This document shows positions 1 through 11,240 of a stretch of 64,000 nucleotides of DNA, piece after piece. The notes beneath the pieces were generated by a model. That model was not told where the DNA came from and did not search any database. It was given only the letters and a program-made list of their open reading frames with translations. Made by a program: the position numbers and the translations under genes. The DNA lies in the NCBI GenBank assembly GCA_963792855.1, contig CAWBXZ010000005.1:366492-430491 (forward strand), given 5' to 3'. This stretch comes from an uncultured beta proteobacterium. Lineage in GTDB: Bacteria > Pseudomonadota > Gammaproteobacteria > Burkholderiales > Eutrophovitaceae. Each line of letters starts with the position of its first letter. Within the stretch, counting starts at the first letter, position 1.

Positions 1-1
1 G

Positions 2-184
2 AAGGGCGTTCGTCGCGGCAATGCGATGGTTTCGCCCAAGCATGCCAACTTTATTGTGAATACTGGTGGTGCGAGCGCGGCGGATATTGAATCGCTGATT
101 GACCATGTTCACGCAACAGTGCTGGAGAAATGCGGCATCGATTTGCAGCGTGAAGTACGCATCATCGGCGAGGTGGTTCGATGA
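2..184 (+). CDS. murB: UDP-N-acetylenolpyruvoylglucosamine reductase, C-terminal fragment (runs off the 5' edge)
   Basis: Frame is open from the window edge. It translates to ...[52 protein letters not shown]..., which matches the type II MurB C-terminus. The stop overlaps the ddl start (ATGA at 181-184). Position upstream of ddl fits the dcw cluster. Confidence 0.7.
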   Translation, partial: KGVRRGNAMVSPKHANFIVNTGGASAADIESLIDHVHATVLEKCGIDLQREVRIIGEVVR

Positions 185-1098
185 CCGGACGCGATGCCGG
201 CAAGGTGGCCGTGTTGCTGGGCGGCAAATCTTCCGAGCGCGAGGTGTCCCTGATGTCGGGCACGGCGGTCCTTGAGGCGCTCAGGCGCCAGGGGGTGGAT
301 GCGCACGCATTCGATACCGGCGAGCGCAGTCTGTCTGATCTGGCCGCTGAGCGTTTCGACCGGGCATTCGTCATTTTGCATGGTCGTTACGGCGAAGATG
401 GCACGGTGCAGGGCGCCTTGGATCTGATGGGCATTCCTTACACCGGCAGCGGTGTTCTGGCGTGTGCGCTGGCAATGGACAAGTGGCGAACCAAGTTGAT
501 CTGGAAGGCCGTGGGCATTCCGACGCCGCGTTTCGAGATGTTGTCGGAGAGTTCCGATTTCGAGGCGTGCGTGCAGGCGCTGGGATTACCGTTGATCGTG
601 AAACCGGCACGCGAGGGCTCCACCATCGGCTTGACCAAGGTGGTCGATGCGAGCGAGCTACAAGGTGCCTATCTCGAGGCGGCCAAGTACGACTCACTGG
701 TGCTCGCCGAGGAGTTCGTCGACGGGCCGGAGCTGACCGCGGCCATACTTGGCGAACAATCGCTGCCACTGGTCCGGATCGAGGCGCCGGGGCATAAGTA
801 CGATTACCACGCCAAGTATTTTTCCGACCAGACGCAGTATTTCTGCCCATCAGGAATTGATACGGGGTTGGAGCAAAGAATCACCCATCTGTGTGCCGAA
901 GCTTACCGCTCGATCGGGTGCAGTGGCTGGGGACGGGTAGACGTCATGGTCGATGCTGACGGCGAGCCCTGGATTCTGGAGGTCAATACCGTTCCCGGCA
1001 TGACCGCGCACAGCCTGGTGCCGATGGCAGCAAAGGCGGCAGGGATATCCTTCGATGCGCTGGTTATGCGGATACTGGAGGGCGCGCGTGTGGAATAA
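181..1098 (+). CDS. ddl: D-alanine--D-alanine ligase
   Basis: 305-aa ORF with an ATP-grasp Ddl-like sequence ([19 protein letters not shown] ... [11 protein letters not shown]). It lies in dcw context immediately before ftsQ. Confidence 0.95.
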   Translation: MTGRDAGKVAVLLGGKSSEREVSLMSGTAVLEALRRQGVDAHAFDTGERSLSDLAAERFDRAFVILHGRYGEDGTVQGALDLMGIPYTGSGVLACALAMDKWRTKLIWKAVGIPTPRFEMLSESSDFEACVQALGLPLIVKPAREGSTIGLTKVVDASELQGAYLEAAKYDSLVLAEEFVDGPELTAAILGEQSLPLVRIEAPGHKYDYHAKYFSDQTQYFCPSGIDTGLEQRITHLCAEAYRSIGCSGWGRVDVMVDADGEPWILEVNTVPGMTAHSLVPMAAKAAGISFDALVMRILEGARVE

Positions 1099-1807
1099 CG
1101 TGCAAGTCCTGACGCGCGTATCAAATGCAGCGTTCGTCCTTGCCATTGCCATGCTGCTTGGTGGTGTTATCTGGCGCGCAGCACACCTGGACATGTTTTC
1201 CGTTCGCACGATCGACATTGTCGGAAATGTTGCGCACATCACGCGCGAGCAGGTGCAGACGATTGCCGGCAACCAACTGCATGGCACGTTCTTCACGGTC
1301 GATTTGCGAGGTGCGCAGGCAGCGTTCGAAAAACTGCCATGGGTTCGTCGCGTCGATGTGCGTCGTCGTTGGCCTGACCGGCTTGAAGTGGTCGTCGAGG
1401 AGCATCGCGAGCTGGCGCGCTGGGGCAGCACCGCGCTGGTCAATACAGCCGGTGAAGTGTTTGAGGGTGCGAGCAATAGCCGATTGCCATTACTGGAAGG
1501 CCCGGCCGGGACCAACATCGAAGTCACCCGCAACTACTTTCGTTTCAATGAATCGCTTGCGCAGATTGGCCGTCAGGTCAGGAGTGTTCGATTGTCGGAA
1601 CGGCGTGCGTGGCGTTTGGACCTGGATGACGGCACGGTCATTGAGCTGGGGCGACATGGAGTGGTTGAGAGGCTGAGCGGCTTCGTCGCGGTATACGGGC
1701 GCAGTGTCGCCGAGTTGAAAGGCAAGATCCGCTACGTTGACTTGCGTTACGTCAACGGCTTTGCGGTGCGGGTGGAAGATAACAAACGGGGTGATAAACG
1801 GGCATGA
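1055..1807 (+). CDS. ftsQ: cell division protein FtsQ
   Basis: ORF between ddl and ftsA with a single N-terminal TM ([14 protein letters not shown]) followed by a POTRA-like region. The start is ambiguous: ATG 1055, or GTG at 1088 or 1100. The stop overlaps the ftsA start (ATGA). Confidence 0.85.
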   Translation: MRWLCGYWRARVWNNVQVLTRVSNAAFVLAIAMLLGGVIWRAAHLDMFSVRTIDIVGNVAHITREQVQTIAGNQLHGTFFTVDLRGAQAAFEKLPWVRRVDVRRRWPDRLEVVVEEHRELARWGSTALVNTAGEVFEGASNSRLPLLEGPAGTNIEVTRNYFRFNESLAQIGRQVRSVRLSERRAWRLDLDDGTVIELGRHGVVERLSGFVAVYGRSVAELKGKIRYVDLRYVNGFAVRVEDNKRGDKRA

Positions 1808-3075
1808 AACCTGTCGAATGGAATCGGGGAGTACCGAGAGCGAAGGCACGCGAGAGCAAGAACCTCATTGTCGCTCTCGACATCGGAACCTCAAAGATTG
1901 CGGCAATTGTCGCTGAATTTCGCCCCGAGGGCGGATTCGAGGTAATCGGTATGGGCAGTGCGCCATCGCGGGGGCTCAAGAAGGGCGTTGTCGTCAACAT
2001 CGAGTCGACGGTGAATGCCATCCAGCGCGCACTTGAAGAGGCCGAGTTGATGGCCGATTGCAAGATTCGCGAGGTCTGGACCGGGATTGCGGGAAGTCAT
2101 ATTCGCAGTTTTAACTCACACGGCATGGTGGCGATAAAGGATCTCGAAGTCGCGCAAAGCGACGTCGACCGCGTGGTGGAAACGGCGCGGGCCATTCCCA
2201 TCCCGACCGATCAGCAGATTCTCCATGTGCTGAACCAGGAGTTCGTGATTGACGGACAGGAAGACGTGCGCGAACCGATCGCGATGTCCGGTGTGCGCCT
2301 TGAAGTCAAGGTCCACATTGTCACAGGTGCGGTTTCAGCTGCACAGAACATCATGAAATGCGTACGCCGTTGTGGGCTGGAGGTCAATGACCTTATCTTG
2401 CAGCCGCTTGCTTCTGCGATGGCAGTGTTGTCGGAGGACGAGAAAGATCTTGGTGTATGTCTGCTGGACATTGGAGGGGGCACCAGCGATCTGGCGATCT
2501 TCACCCAGGGTGCGATTCGCCACACTGCCGTGATTCCCATCGCCGGCGATCAGATTACCAACGATATTGCGATGGCCTTGCGAACACCGACCAAGGATGC
2601 CGAGGAAATCAAACGCAATCACGGTTGTGCGCTCAGGGAACTGGCCAATCCGCAAGAGATGATCGAAGTGCCGGGTGTGGGAGACCGCCCGTCGAGAAAG
2701 CTGTCTCGGCAGACGCTGGCCGAAGTGATCGAGCCGCGGGTCGAGGAGTTGTATTCGTTGGTGCAGGCTGAACTGCGCCGTAGTGGATTTGAAGAGTTGC
2801 TTTCCTCCGGTGTCGTTATTACCGGGGGCAGTGGCGCGATGGAGGGCATGGTCGAGTTGGGCGAGGAAGTTTTTCATATGCCCGTGCGGCTCGGCTTGCC
2901 GTCCTACTCTGAGGGTTTGTCTGAAGTGATTCGCAATCCAAGGTACTCAACGGGTGTCGGGTTGCTGATGGCAGGCGTGTCCCAGCACGAGCGTCAGAAG
3001 ATTGAAAAGATGCAGAACGGTTCTTTCAAACACGTCTTCGAGAGGATGAGAAAGTGGTTTGAAACAAATTTCTAG
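1804..3075 (+). CDS. ftsA: cell division protein FtsA
   Basis: 423 aa with actin-like ATPase motifs DIGTSKI and DIGGGTSDLAIF. Located between ftsQ and ftsZ. Confidence 0.95.
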   Translation: MKPVEWNRGVPRAKARESKNLIVALDIGTSKIAAIVAEFRPEGGFEVIGMGSAPSRGLKKGVVVNIESTVNAIQRALEEAELMADCKIREVWTGIAGSHIRSFNSHGMVAIKDLEVAQSDVDRVVETARAIPIPTDQQILHVLNQEFVIDGQEDVREPIAMSGVRLEVKVHIVTGAVSAAQNIMKCVRRCGLEVNDLILQPLASAMAVLSEDEKDLGVCLLDIGGGTSDLAIFTQGAIRHTAVIPIAGDQITNDIAMALRTPTKDAEEIKRNHGCALRELANPQEMIEVPGVGDRPSRKLSRQTLAEVIEPRVEELYSLVQAELRRSGFEELLSSGVVITGGSGAMEGMVELGEEVFHMPVRLGLPSYSEGLSEVIRNPRYSTGVGLLMAGVSQHERQKIEKMQNGSFKHVFERMRKWFETNF

Positions 3076-3146
3076 TGAATCCGGCGATGGATTCCACAAC
3101 TGCAGATTCGGGTATTCACAAACTACAGGTGCATTAGCAGAGGAGA

Positions 3147-4304
3147 ATGGAAATGTTTGAAATCGTGGACACACAGGCACAGGAAGCCGTTATCAAGGTC
3201 ATCGGCGTCGGCGGGTGCGGCGGCAACGCCGTCGATCACATGATTCTGGAAGGCGTGGAAGGTGTGGAATTCATCTGCGCCAACACCGATGCGCAAGCGC
3301 TCAAGCGCACCAAATCCAAAACGCTCCTGCAGTTGGGCGCGGCTGTCACCAAAGGCCTTGGAGCGGGTGCGGACCCGGAGGTTGGCCGCGAGTCAGCGGT
3401 TGAGGACCGCGAGCGAATCATCGAGTTGATCGAAGGTGCTGACATGCTTTTCCTGACAGCGGGTATGGGCGGAGGCACCGGCACCGGTGCTGCTCCGATT
3501 GTCGCCCAGGCAGCGCGGGAACTTGGCATTCTGACAGTCGCGGTAGTGACCAAGCCTTTTGCGTTCGAGGGCAAGCGGCAGAAGATTGCTGCGGATGGTC
3601 TGGAAGAGCTCGCCTCCCATGTTGATTCGCTGATTGTGATTCCCAATGACAAGCTAATGGATGTACTCGGTGATGACGTGTCGATGCTCGATGCCTTCAA
3701 GGCTGCGAATTCTGTTCTGCATGGCGCGGTCGCCGGTATCGCCGAAGTCATCAAATGCCCGGGCCTGGTCAACGTGGACTTCGCCGACGTTCGCACAGTG
3801 ATGTCCGAAATGGGAATGGCGATGATGGGTTCTTCGTCGGCAGAAGGAGACAACCGGGCGCGAATTGCTGCAGAGCAAGCCGTGGCAAGCCCCTTGCTTG
3901 AAGATGTCGACCTGGCGGGTGCGCGCGGCGTGTTGGTCAATATCACTGCGGGAACGAGCCTGAAGATGCGCGAAGTTCATGAGGTCATGAACACGATCAA
4001 GGGATTTACCGCCGAGGATGCAACCGTCATTGTTGGCACGGTGATCGATGAGGCTCTCGAAAATCGTCTGCGCGTTACCATGGTGGCGACAGGTTTGGGT
4101 GGTTTTAACAACCGAAAACAGAGCAAGCCGTTGGCCGTTGTCAGGACCGGAACCGATGAAGCGCCCTTGAGTGTCAACTATGGCGACCTTGATGCGCCCG
4201 CTGTCATTCGCCGGCGTGGCCGCGATGCTGCCGTTCAGGCGATGAAGCAATCCGGTGTGGATATGCTTGATATTCCGGCTTTCTTGCGCAAGCAGGCCGA
4301 TTAG
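3147..4304 (+). CDS. ftsZ: cell division GTPase FtsZ
   Basis: 385 aa with the tubulin signature GMGGGTGTGAAP, an N-terminal IKVIGVGGCGGNAV and a C-terminal DIPAFLRKQ peptide. Confidence 0.97.
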   Translation: MEMFEIVDTQAQEAVIKVIGVGGCGGNAVDHMILEGVEGVEFICANTDAQALKRTKSKTLLQLGAAVTKGLGAGADPEVGRESAVEDRERIIELIEGADMLFLTAGMGGGTGTGAAPIVAQAARELGILTVAVVTKPFAFEGKRQKIAADGLEELASHVDSLIVIPNDKLMDVLGDDVSMLDAFKAANSVLHGAVAGIAEVIKCPGLVNVDFADVRTVMSEMGMAMMGSSSAEGDNRARIAAEQAVASPLLEDVDLAGARGVLVNITAGTSLKMREVHEVMNTIKGFTAEDATVIVGTVIDEALENRLRVTMVATGLGGFNNRKQSKPLAVVRTGTDEAPLSVNYGDLDAPAVIRRRGRDAAVQAMKQSGVDMLDIPAFLRKQAD

Positions 4305-4489
4305 GCATTTAGGGATGCAGCACAGCGTTGGCGGGGCATTGCGGTTCTGATATAGTAATCAGTTGGTTATGGAATGCCGCATTGCAGCACGCGGCATCGG
4401 AGAACGAATCTGTATCGCAATGGACCGCCAAGGTTGAAAGCGCTGCATGAATTGTGTTGCGACAAGCGAGGAACGGCCCAGCCGTTTTC

Positions 4490-5404
4490 ATGATGATCAG
4501 ACAGCGAACACTAAAGAACATTGTCCGGGCAACCGGAGTCGGCCTGCATACAGGTAAGAAGGTTTATCTTACGCTGCGTCCGGCGGCACCCAATACGGGC
4601 ATCGTGTTCCGCCGCGTCGATCTTGCTCGGGTCGTCGAGATCAAGGCCGATCCCTACGCCGTCAAGGACACCCGTCTTTCGTCCTGCCTGGAAAAAGACG
4701 GTGCGCGGATTCAGACCGTGGAGCATCTGATGTCCGCGTTTGCCGGCCTCGGGGTCGACAATGTATTTGTCGACCTCAGTGACGGCGAGGTACCGATCAT
4801 GGACGGCTCGGCGTCGCCATTTGTTTTCCTGATTCAGTCTGCAGGTATCGAAGAGCAGGCAGCGGCGAAGAGATTTATCCGCATTCTCAAGCCGGTTGAG
4901 GTCAGATCTGACGACAAATGGGTCAAATTCGAGCCTTTTGCGGGATTCCGGGTCGATTTCAGCATTGACTTCAAACACCCGGTGTTTGCCGAGACCAACC
5001 GTCGCGTGGTGGTGGATTTCGAGGATACGTCATTTGTAAAGGAAGTCAGCCGCGCCAGGACCTTCGGCTTCATGCAGGACGTCGAGACCCTGCGTTCGCA
5101 GGGACTGGCTTTGGGTGGGAGTATGGAGAACGCGATCGTCATGGACGAATTCCGTGTTCTCAATGCCGACGGCTTGCGTTACGAAGATGAGTTCGTAAAG
5201 CACAAGGCGCTCGATGCCATTGGCGACCTGTACCTGCTAGGGCATCCGCTCATCGGCGCGTTTACGGCTTTCAAATCAGGCCATGCGCTGAATAATCAGT
5301 TATTGCGCCGCCTGGTCGAGCAGGAAGACGCATGGGAGGAGGTCAGCTTCCAGTCCAAGAACGACGCTCCGCAATTTCTGCGTGTCCAGAGTCAGGCCGC
5401 TTGA
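4490..5404 (+). CDS. lpxC: UDP-3-O-acyl-N-acetylglucosamine deacetylase
   Basis: The product begins [22 protein letters not shown], a typical LpxC N-terminus. The ORF track starts upstream at GTG 4454; ATG at 4490 or 4493 is more likely. Confidence 0.93.
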   Translation: MMIRQRTLKNIVRATGVGLHTGKKVYLTLRPAAPNTGIVFRRVDLARVVEIKADPYAVKDTRLSSCLEKDGARIQTVEHLMSAFAGLGVDNVFVDLSDGEVPIMDGSASPFVFLIQSAGIEEQAAAKRFIRILKPVEVRSDDKWVKFEPFAGFRVDFSIDFKHPVFAETNRRVVVDFEDTSFVKEVSRARTFGFMQDVETLRSQGLALGGSMENAIVMDEFRVLNADGLRYEDEFVKHKALDAIGDLYLLGHPLIGAFTAFKSGHALNNQLLRRLVEQEDAWEEVSFQSKNDAPQFLRVQSQAA

Positions 5405-5452
5405 CCGGGTTTTTCATACAATAATTCATTTGGTTGTGAGCTACGCCCGGCG

Positions 5453-5638
5453 ATGCTGATAGCGCGACTGCTGGGGGCATTGCTGGTTATTACGCTCGGC
5501 GTGATGCTGGTTATGTTCCTTGTCACCAGGGAACCCAGGTGGTTGCGTTATTTTGGCCGTGTCCTACTGGTCGGGCTTGTCATCACACTGGTCTTCATTG
5601 GAATCTACTTTCTTGAGCGTTTCTTGCTTGTTATTTAG
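5453..5638 (+). CDS. small hydrophobic membrane protein (two predicted TM helices), unknown function
   Basis: 61-aa ORF that is strongly hydrophobic (LLGALLVITLGVMLVMFLV ... LLVGLVITLVFIGIYFL). Its 3' end overlaps the convergent DUF721 ORF by about 75 nt. Confidence 0.4.
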   Translation: MLIARLLGALLVITLGVMLVMFLVTREPRWLRYFGRVLLVGLVITLVFIGIYFLERFLLVI

Positions 5639-6064
5639 GGGAGTGCTGCGGTTCGCTAGCTGGATGATGGCGCTGCGCAGAGACTCGGACTCAAGGCGGG
5701 CAGACAGAGTAAGAAGGGCCTGTCGGGCTGTGTGACCGAGGAAAATCTGTTTTTTTGGCAAGGGGTTATGGTGGACTGGAACTTGCACCAAAACCCTTAA
5801 TGCGTTAAGTTCGCGCTCATCAAGGCGGAGATTCTTGATCAAGCGCGGTGCGAGTTGGCGCAGTTTTGCGGCGGCGGCGCCGCTGCTGGCGGTGACGCTG
5901 AGCGTACCCGAATTGAGTCCGGCGACGGACACTTGGGAAGCGACACCAGCCGGCAAAGCGGCTCTCAGCGCTTTCTGAAGCCGCAGCAAGCGCCGGGTCT
6001 GTGTTGTCAGGTCTCGTACTTCGGGCGCACTTTCGAGGATATTTTTGATTGGTTTCGCTGACAT
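5564..6064 (-). CDS. DUF721/DciA-like protein
   Basis: 166-aa ORF. It occupies the position between lpxC and an M23 peptidase/secA that a DUF721 gene occupies in Pseudomonas and Betaproteobacteria. The core (VAGLNSGTLSVTASSGAAAAKLRQLAPRL) is compatible with that family. Assignment by eye only. Confidence 0.6.
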   Translation of the reverse strand: MSAKPIKNILESAPEVRDLTTQTRRLLRLQKALRAALPAGVASQVSVAGLNSGTLSVTASSGAAAAKLRQLAPRLIKNLRLDERELNALRVLVQVPVHHNPLPKKQIFLGHTARQALLTLSARLESESLRSAIIQLANRSTPLNNKQETLKKVDSNEDQCDDKPDQ

Positions 6065-6141
6065 GTCTTATCGGTACGAAAATGCTTTTATCGCAGGAAC
6101 GCCGGACCGCAATGTAAAGCGGTAGATCCTAAGGGGCCCAG

Positions 6142-7083
6142 ATGGACATTATTCTCGTATCCGATCGATTTGAACAAGCGCGCAGCTTCAAGCTGGGTAT
6201 GCCGCATGTGCTGTTTCTCGGCCTTCTGTTCCTTTTGATGGTGGTCTCGCTGTCCGTTCTCCTGAACTATTTCTCCTTGAGATACGCGGTTACTCACAAG
6301 AGTCCGTATCTTCAATCGTTGCTCACCGCGGTCCAGGAGGAGCAAACAAAGCGCACCCAGTCCTATGTCCGCGAGAGCCTGAATACGATGGCGGCGCGCG
6401 TTGGCGAAATGCAGGCCAAGCTCTTGCGTCTCGATACGCTTGGTGAGCGCTTGAGCAAGCTGGCCGGCCTGGATCCGAAAGAGTTCATGTTCGAGCAAAC
6501 GCCGGCACGTGGCGGACCTTCGCCCGAACATGAAGCGAAGCCTCTTTCGTTTGTCGAGCTTGGGGAGGAGCTGGACGCTCTCGCAGGTGATCTGGACGAC
6601 CGGTCCGACAAACTCGGTGCGCTGGAATCGCGCCTGTTTCTCGATTATGCCAAGCAGCAGTTCGTACCCACCTCACTGCCGGTCGAAACCCGTTGGTTTT
6701 CCTCGAATTTCGGCTGGCGCATCGATCCTTTCACGGGTTTCAGCACTTTCCATGAAGGTATCGATTTCATGTCGCCCACGGGCCGTCCGATTCGCGCTGC
6801 CGGCGCCGGAGTGGTCGTGTATTCCGCAAATCATCCCCAGTACGGCAACATGGTCGAAATCGACCATGGCAATGGCCTCGTGACACGGTATGCGCATGCC
6901 TCCCAGCTCGACGTCAAAGTCGGGGACGTTGTCGTCATTGGACAGAAAATTGCGGAGGTCGGGAGCACCGGCCGTTCGACCGGACCCCATCTGCACTTTG
7001 AGGTGCGCGTACGAGGCGCCGCGGTCAACCCGAGCAAGTATTTGCAAAAGAACTCGCACACGCCGCGCCTCGCGTCCCGTTAG
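6142..7083 (+). CDS. M23 family metallopeptidase (membrane-anchored, coiled-coil linker)
   Basis: N-terminal TM, and a C-terminal LytM/M23 domain with HEGIDF ... GSTGRSTGPHLHFEV. Confidence 0.85.
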   Translation: MDIILVSDRFEQARSFKLGMPHVLFLGLLFLLMVVSLSVLLNYFSLRYAVTHKSPYLQSLLTAVQEEQTKRTQSYVRESLNTMAARVGEMQAKLLRLDTLGERLSKLAGLDPKEFMFEQTPARGGPSPEHEAKPLSFVELGEELDALAGDLDDRSDKLGALESRLFLDYAKQQFVPTSLPVETRWFSSNFGWRIDPFTGFSTFHEGIDFMSPTGRPIRAAGAGVVVYSANHPQYGNMVEIDHGNGLVTRYAHASQLDVKVGDVVVIGQKIAEVGSTGRSTGPHLHFEVRVRGAAVNPSKYLQKNSHTPRLASR

Positions 7084-7230
7084 GCGCGCAGATTTCCGCT
7101 TGCTGAGGTTTCCTTTCGATGGGCGAGGTCGCCGCGATGTCTCGTTGCGGTTCGACAATAATCCCTATGAAATCAATCAGATGCGTAGAGACCCTGAGCG
7201 CCTGAGCTTCCCTTGCGCGTTACCTGGTGA

Positions 7231-8385
7231 GTGGCCCCTTTGACGACCGGTCTTTCTCGTTTGCCGATTCTCGTAGTTGTTCTGGCGGCGGTCCTACTCG
7301 GTGCTGCCGATCCTGTGCAGGCGATGGAGTGCGGCGCCAGTCCCTCGTTCGCCCCTTCACGGGAAACGATCACGATCAAGGCGGTTGGCGATATCGTTCT
7401 GGGGACAACCTGGCCAGAGGATCGTATCCCGCCGGATGTCGAACCCCGCTTCTTTGCCGGTGTTGCGAAGCAGCTATCAGGGGGCGACATCGTTTTCGGA
7501 AATCTCGAAGGTGCGCTGACTGATGCCGGTGAAACGACCAAGGACCCGAGCAGAGGCACGCAGTACGCGTTCAGAATGCCGACGCGGTACGCCGGAATTC
7601 TGCGTGATGCGGGTTTCAATGTCCTCAGCCTGGCGAACAATCACAGCTCCGATTTCGGGCCGGATGGCCTGGAAGATACCCTGAGTGCAATCGAGTCCCA
7701 CGGCATGGTTGCCGTCGGAATGAAGAACAAGATCGCATATCAGGAAATCCGGGGCATAAGGGTCGCATGGATAGGTTTCAGCTACCTTGGTCTGCATAAC
7801 TCAATTCACGACCTGGGCGCGCTTGTCCGGCTGGTAACCGAAGCCAAGCAGTCCGCCAGGCTGGTGATTGTGACTTTCCATGGTGGTGCCGAAGGCTCGG
7901 ACGCGCTGCGCGTGCGCGATGAGCAGGAAAAATACCTTGGAGAAAACAGGGGTAATCTGGTGCGGTTTGCGCGCACGGCGGTCGAGTCGGGTGCCGACCT
8001 GGTGCTGGGACACGGTCCGCACGTGCTGCGCGGCATGGAATGTTATTGGCAAAAACTGATCGTTTACTCGCTGGGTAATTTTGTCGGTTATCAGGCGTTT
8101 TCCACCAAGCGAGCTGCCGCAATATCGGTCATCCTCGATATCACGCTTGATGAAGACGGATGGCTGAGACGGGCAGAGTTTCATCCGGTTCGATTCACGG
8201 GCGAGCACTTGCCGGAAATCGACCCGAGACGCCGGGCGCTTTATCTGCTCAATGATCTGTCCCAAATGTCCCCGCTTCAGATCGAAGGAAAGTTACTGTC
8301 TGGCCCCCTCGAGGGCGACGCCGGTTACCTTGCATACCGTCGCTGGTTGCGGGCGGCAGATCTTGAGCCCCAGTTGGTCGAGTAA
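7231..8385 (+). CDS. CapA family (PGA_cap metallophosphatase-like) protein, secreted
   Basis: GTG start followed by a signal peptide. Motifs: AVGDIVLG, FGNLEGALTD, LSLANNHSSDFG, VTFHGGAEGS, LVLGHGPHVLRGME, YSLGNFV. Confidence 0.75.
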   Translation: MAPLTTGLSRLPILVVVLAAVLLGAADPVQAMECGASPSFAPSRETITIKAVGDIVLGTTWPEDRIPPDVEPRFFAGVAKQLSGGDIVFGNLEGALTDAGETTKDPSRGTQYAFRMPTRYAGILRDAGFNVLSLANNHSSDFGPDGLEDTLSAIESHGMVAVGMKNKIAYQEIRGIRVAWIGFSYLGLHNSIHDLGALVRLVTEAKQSARLVIVTFHGGAEGSDALRVRDEQEKYLGENRGNLVRFARTAVESGADLVLGHGPHVLRGMECYWQKLIVYSLGNFVGYQAFSTKRAAAISVILDITLDEDGWLRRAEFHPVRFTGEHLPEIDPRRRALYLLNDLSQMSPLQIEGKLLSGPLEGDAGYLAYRRWLRAADLEPQLVE

Positions 8386-8501
8386 GTACTTCACATTTTC
8401 TGCTGCTTCGCTGTGTTGGGGTGCGGGGGCGATTTGGCGCCCCCTGACGTGTTAGACTTCCGCGATTATTTAACAGACAAAATAGCTGCAAGCCGCGGTA
8501 A

Positions 8502-11222
8502 ATGATTCCCAACCTTCTGAAAAAAGTTTTCGGCAGCCGCAACGACCGCCTGTTGCGCAAGTATTCGCAAGACGTTCGTTCCATCAATGAACTCGAGCCT
8601 GCCATGCAGGCGCTGACTGACGCCGAGCTAAGGGGCAAAACGGATGCCTTTCGCCAGCGTATTCGCGACGGCGAAACTCTCGATAAGGTGTTGCCGGAAG
8701 CATTTGCCGTTGTCAGGGAAGCGAGTCAACGCGTGCTGGGCATGCGGCATTTCGATGTTCAGCTTCTCGGCGGGATTGCGCTGCATAACGGCAAGATTGC
8801 CGAGATGCGTACCGGTGAGGGCAAGACCCTCGTCGCCACGTTGCCCGCCTACCTGAATGCGCTTACCGAAAAGGGTGTTCACGTCGTTACGGTAAACGAC
8901 TACCTGGCACGCCGTGACGCCGAATGGATGGGCCGCGCTTACTCGTTTCTGGGGCTGAAGGTCGGTGTAAACCTTTCGCAGATGGAGCATGGCGCCAAGC
9001 AGGAAGCGTATGCCGCTGACATTACCTATGGCACAAACAACGAATTCGGGTTCGACTACTTGCGCGACAACATGGTCTTTCAGTTGTCGGAAAAAGTGCA
9101 ACGCCGGCTGTCATACGCCATTGTCGACGAAGTCGACTCGATCCTGATCGACGAAGCGCGTACGCCGCTGATCATCTCCGGGCAGGCCGACGACAGCACC
9201 GATCTTTACTACCGGATGAACGACGTAGCGCCGCAACTTGAGCGCTCTGCCGGAGAGGGAGAGCCGGGCGATTACCACGTTGACGAGAAAGCACATCAGG
9301 TGCTGCTGACCGAGCAGGGTCATGAGCGCGCGGAAAAGCTGCTCGTGAAAGCCGGGTTGCTTCCCGAAAACGGTAGCCTTTACGACGCAGCCAACATCGG
9401 CCTGATGCACCATCTGTATGCCGCGCTGCGCGCACATAACCTGTTTTTCCGCGATCAGCATTACGTTGTCCAGAACGGTGACATCGTGATCGTCGATGAA
9501 TTTACCGGCCGGCTGATGGCGGGCCGACGCTGGTCAGACGGATTGCATCAGGCTGTGGAGGCGAAGGAGGGCGTCAAGATCCAGCGCGAGAACCAGACGC
9601 TGGCATCGATCACGTTCCAGAATTACTTCCGTATCTACGACAAACTTGCCGGCATGACAGGTACGGCGGACACCGAAGCGTACGAGTTTCAGCAAATCTA
9701 TGGTCTCGAGACCGTGATCGTGCCGACCCACCGCAAGATGATCCGTGACGATCGCATGGACCAGGTGTTCAAGACCAGTAAGGAACGTTACGGCGCGGTT
9801 CTTGAAGACATCAAGGATTGCTACGAACGGGGGCAACCGGTTCTGGTGGGGACGACGTCGATTGAGAATTCAGAACTGATATCTAACCAGCTCACGCAAG
9901 CGAAGCTCGAGCATCAGGTGCTGAACGCAAAACAACATGCCCGCGAAGCGGAAATCGTGGCGCAGGCGGGACGTCCGAAGATGATCACGATCGCCACCAA
10001 TATGGCAGGGCGTGGAACGGACATTGTTCTGGGCGGGAATCCCGAGCCGGCAATTGCACGCGTTCGTGACGATGACAAGCTCACCGACGAGGAAAGAAGC
10101 GCGCGCGAAAGTACGATGCGGGGGGAATGGCAGGTCTTGCACGATCAGGTTGTGGCGGCCGGGGGCTTGCATATCGTCGGCACCGAGCGGCATGAGTCAC
10201 GACGGGTCGACAATCAGCTTCGCGGCCGGGCAGGCCGCCAGGGTGACCCGGGTTCAACGCGTTTTTACCTCTCGCTCGAAGACCCCCTGCTGCGGATTTT
10301 CGCGTCCGACAGGGTGGCTGCGATCATGGATCGTTTGAAGCTGCCCGAGGGCGAGGCGATCGAGCACCCCTGGGTCACACGGGCAATTGAGAACGCGCAG
10401 CGCAAGGTGGAGGCGCGCAATTTCGACATGCGCAAGCAATTGCTTGAGTATGACGACGTTGCAAACGACCAGCGCAAGGTGATCTACCAGCAACGCAATG
10501 AGTTGCTCGAATCCGACGATGTGACCGAGACCGTGCGTTCGATGCGCGAGGGAGCGCTGGAAGCGGTGATCGTTGAATATATTCCCCCCGAGACCGTTGA
10601 AGAGCAGTGGGACGTTGCCGGGTTGGAAACGGCGCTTGCCTCGGAGTTCTCTCTCGAATTGAACGTGAAGCAGTGGCTGGAGCGGGACGATAAGCTTGAC
10701 GAGGCAGCCTTGCGCGAGCGTGTCGTGGAGGCAGCCCACGCCCGCTACGAAGAAAAGATCAAGGATGTGCCCCCGGAAGCGATTCGCCACTATGAGCACG
10801 CCATCATGCTGCAAACGCTTGATGGACACTGGCGCGAGCATCTGGCCGCACTCGATCATTTGCGTCAGGGAATACACCTGCGCGGTTACGCGCAGAAGAA
10901 CCCGAAACAGGAATACAAGCGCGAGGCGTTTGAATTGTTCTCGCTGATGCTCGAGGCAATTCGTAATGAGGTCACCCGTATCCTCATGACGGTCCGGATT
11001 CGAAGCGCCGAAGAAGCTGACGAGGCGGCGGAAGAGCGCACGGAGATGACTAACGTACGCTATCAGCACACGGATTACGACGCCGCGCTCAAGAACGATC
11101 AGCCGGAAGAGGCCGACAAAACGCAGCCTTTTGTGCGCTCGGGCCAGAAAGTCGGGCGAAACGAGCCGTGTCCGTGCGGGTCCGGCAAAAAGTTCAAACA
11201 TTGTCATGGCCGCCTCGGTTGA
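8502..11222 (+). CDS. secA: preprotein translocase ATPase SecA
   Basis: 906 aa with [13 protein letters not shown], a DEAD-like [19 protein letters not shown] segment and a C-terminal zinc finger [14 protein letters not shown]. Confidence 0.98.
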   Translation: MIPNLLKKVFGSRNDRLLRKYSQDVRSINELEPAMQALTDAELRGKTDAFRQRIRDGETLDKVLPEAFAVVREASQRVLGMRHFDVQLLGGIALHNGKIAEMRTGEGKTLVATLPAYLNALTEKGVHVVTVNDYLARRDAEWMGRAYSFLGLKVGVNLSQMEHGAKQEAYAADITYGTNNEFGFDYLRDNMVFQLSEKVQRRLSYAIVDEVDSILIDEARTPLIISGQADDSTDLYYRMNDVAPQLERSAGEGEPGDYHVDEKAHQVLLTEQGHERAEKLLVKAGLLPENGSLYDAANIGLMHHLYAALRAHNLFFRDQHYVVQNGDIVIVDEFTGRLMAGRRWSDGLHQAVEAKEGVKIQRENQTLASITFQNYFRIYDKLAGMTGTADTEAYEFQQIYGLETVIVPTHRKMIRDDRMDQVFKTSKERYGAVLEDIKDCYERGQPVLVGTTSIENSELISNQLTQAKLEHQVLNAKQHAREAEIVAQAGRPKMITIATNMAGRGTDIVLGGNPEPAIARVRDDDKLTDEERSARESTMRGEWQVLHDQVVAAGGLHIVGTERHESRRVDNQLRGRAGRQGDPGSTRFYLSLEDPLLRIFASDRVAAIMDRLKLPEGEAIEHPWVTRAIENAQRKVEARNFDMRKQLLEYDDVANDQRKVIYQQRNELLESDDVTETVRSMREGALEAVIVEYIPPETVEEQWDVAGLETALASEFSLELNVKQWLERDDKLDEAALRERVVEAAHARYEEKIKDVPPEAIRHYEHAIMLQTLDGHWREHLAALDHLRQGIHLRGYAQKNPKQEYKREAFELFSLMLEAIRNEVTRILMTVRIRSAEEADEAAEERTEMTNVRYQHTDYDAALKNDQPEEADKTQPFVRSGQKVGRNEPCPCGSGKKFKHCHGRLG

Positions 11223-11240
11223 GCGGGTGCGCGTGTTCGA

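Noticed and set aside
8426-8445. GC-rich hairpin GGGGGCG-atttgg-CGCCCCC after the CapA-family gene, considered as an intrinsic terminator
   Set aside because: No U-tract follows it, so it cannot be called a rho-independent terminator with confidence. It may still be a transcript-stabilising or rho-dependent element.
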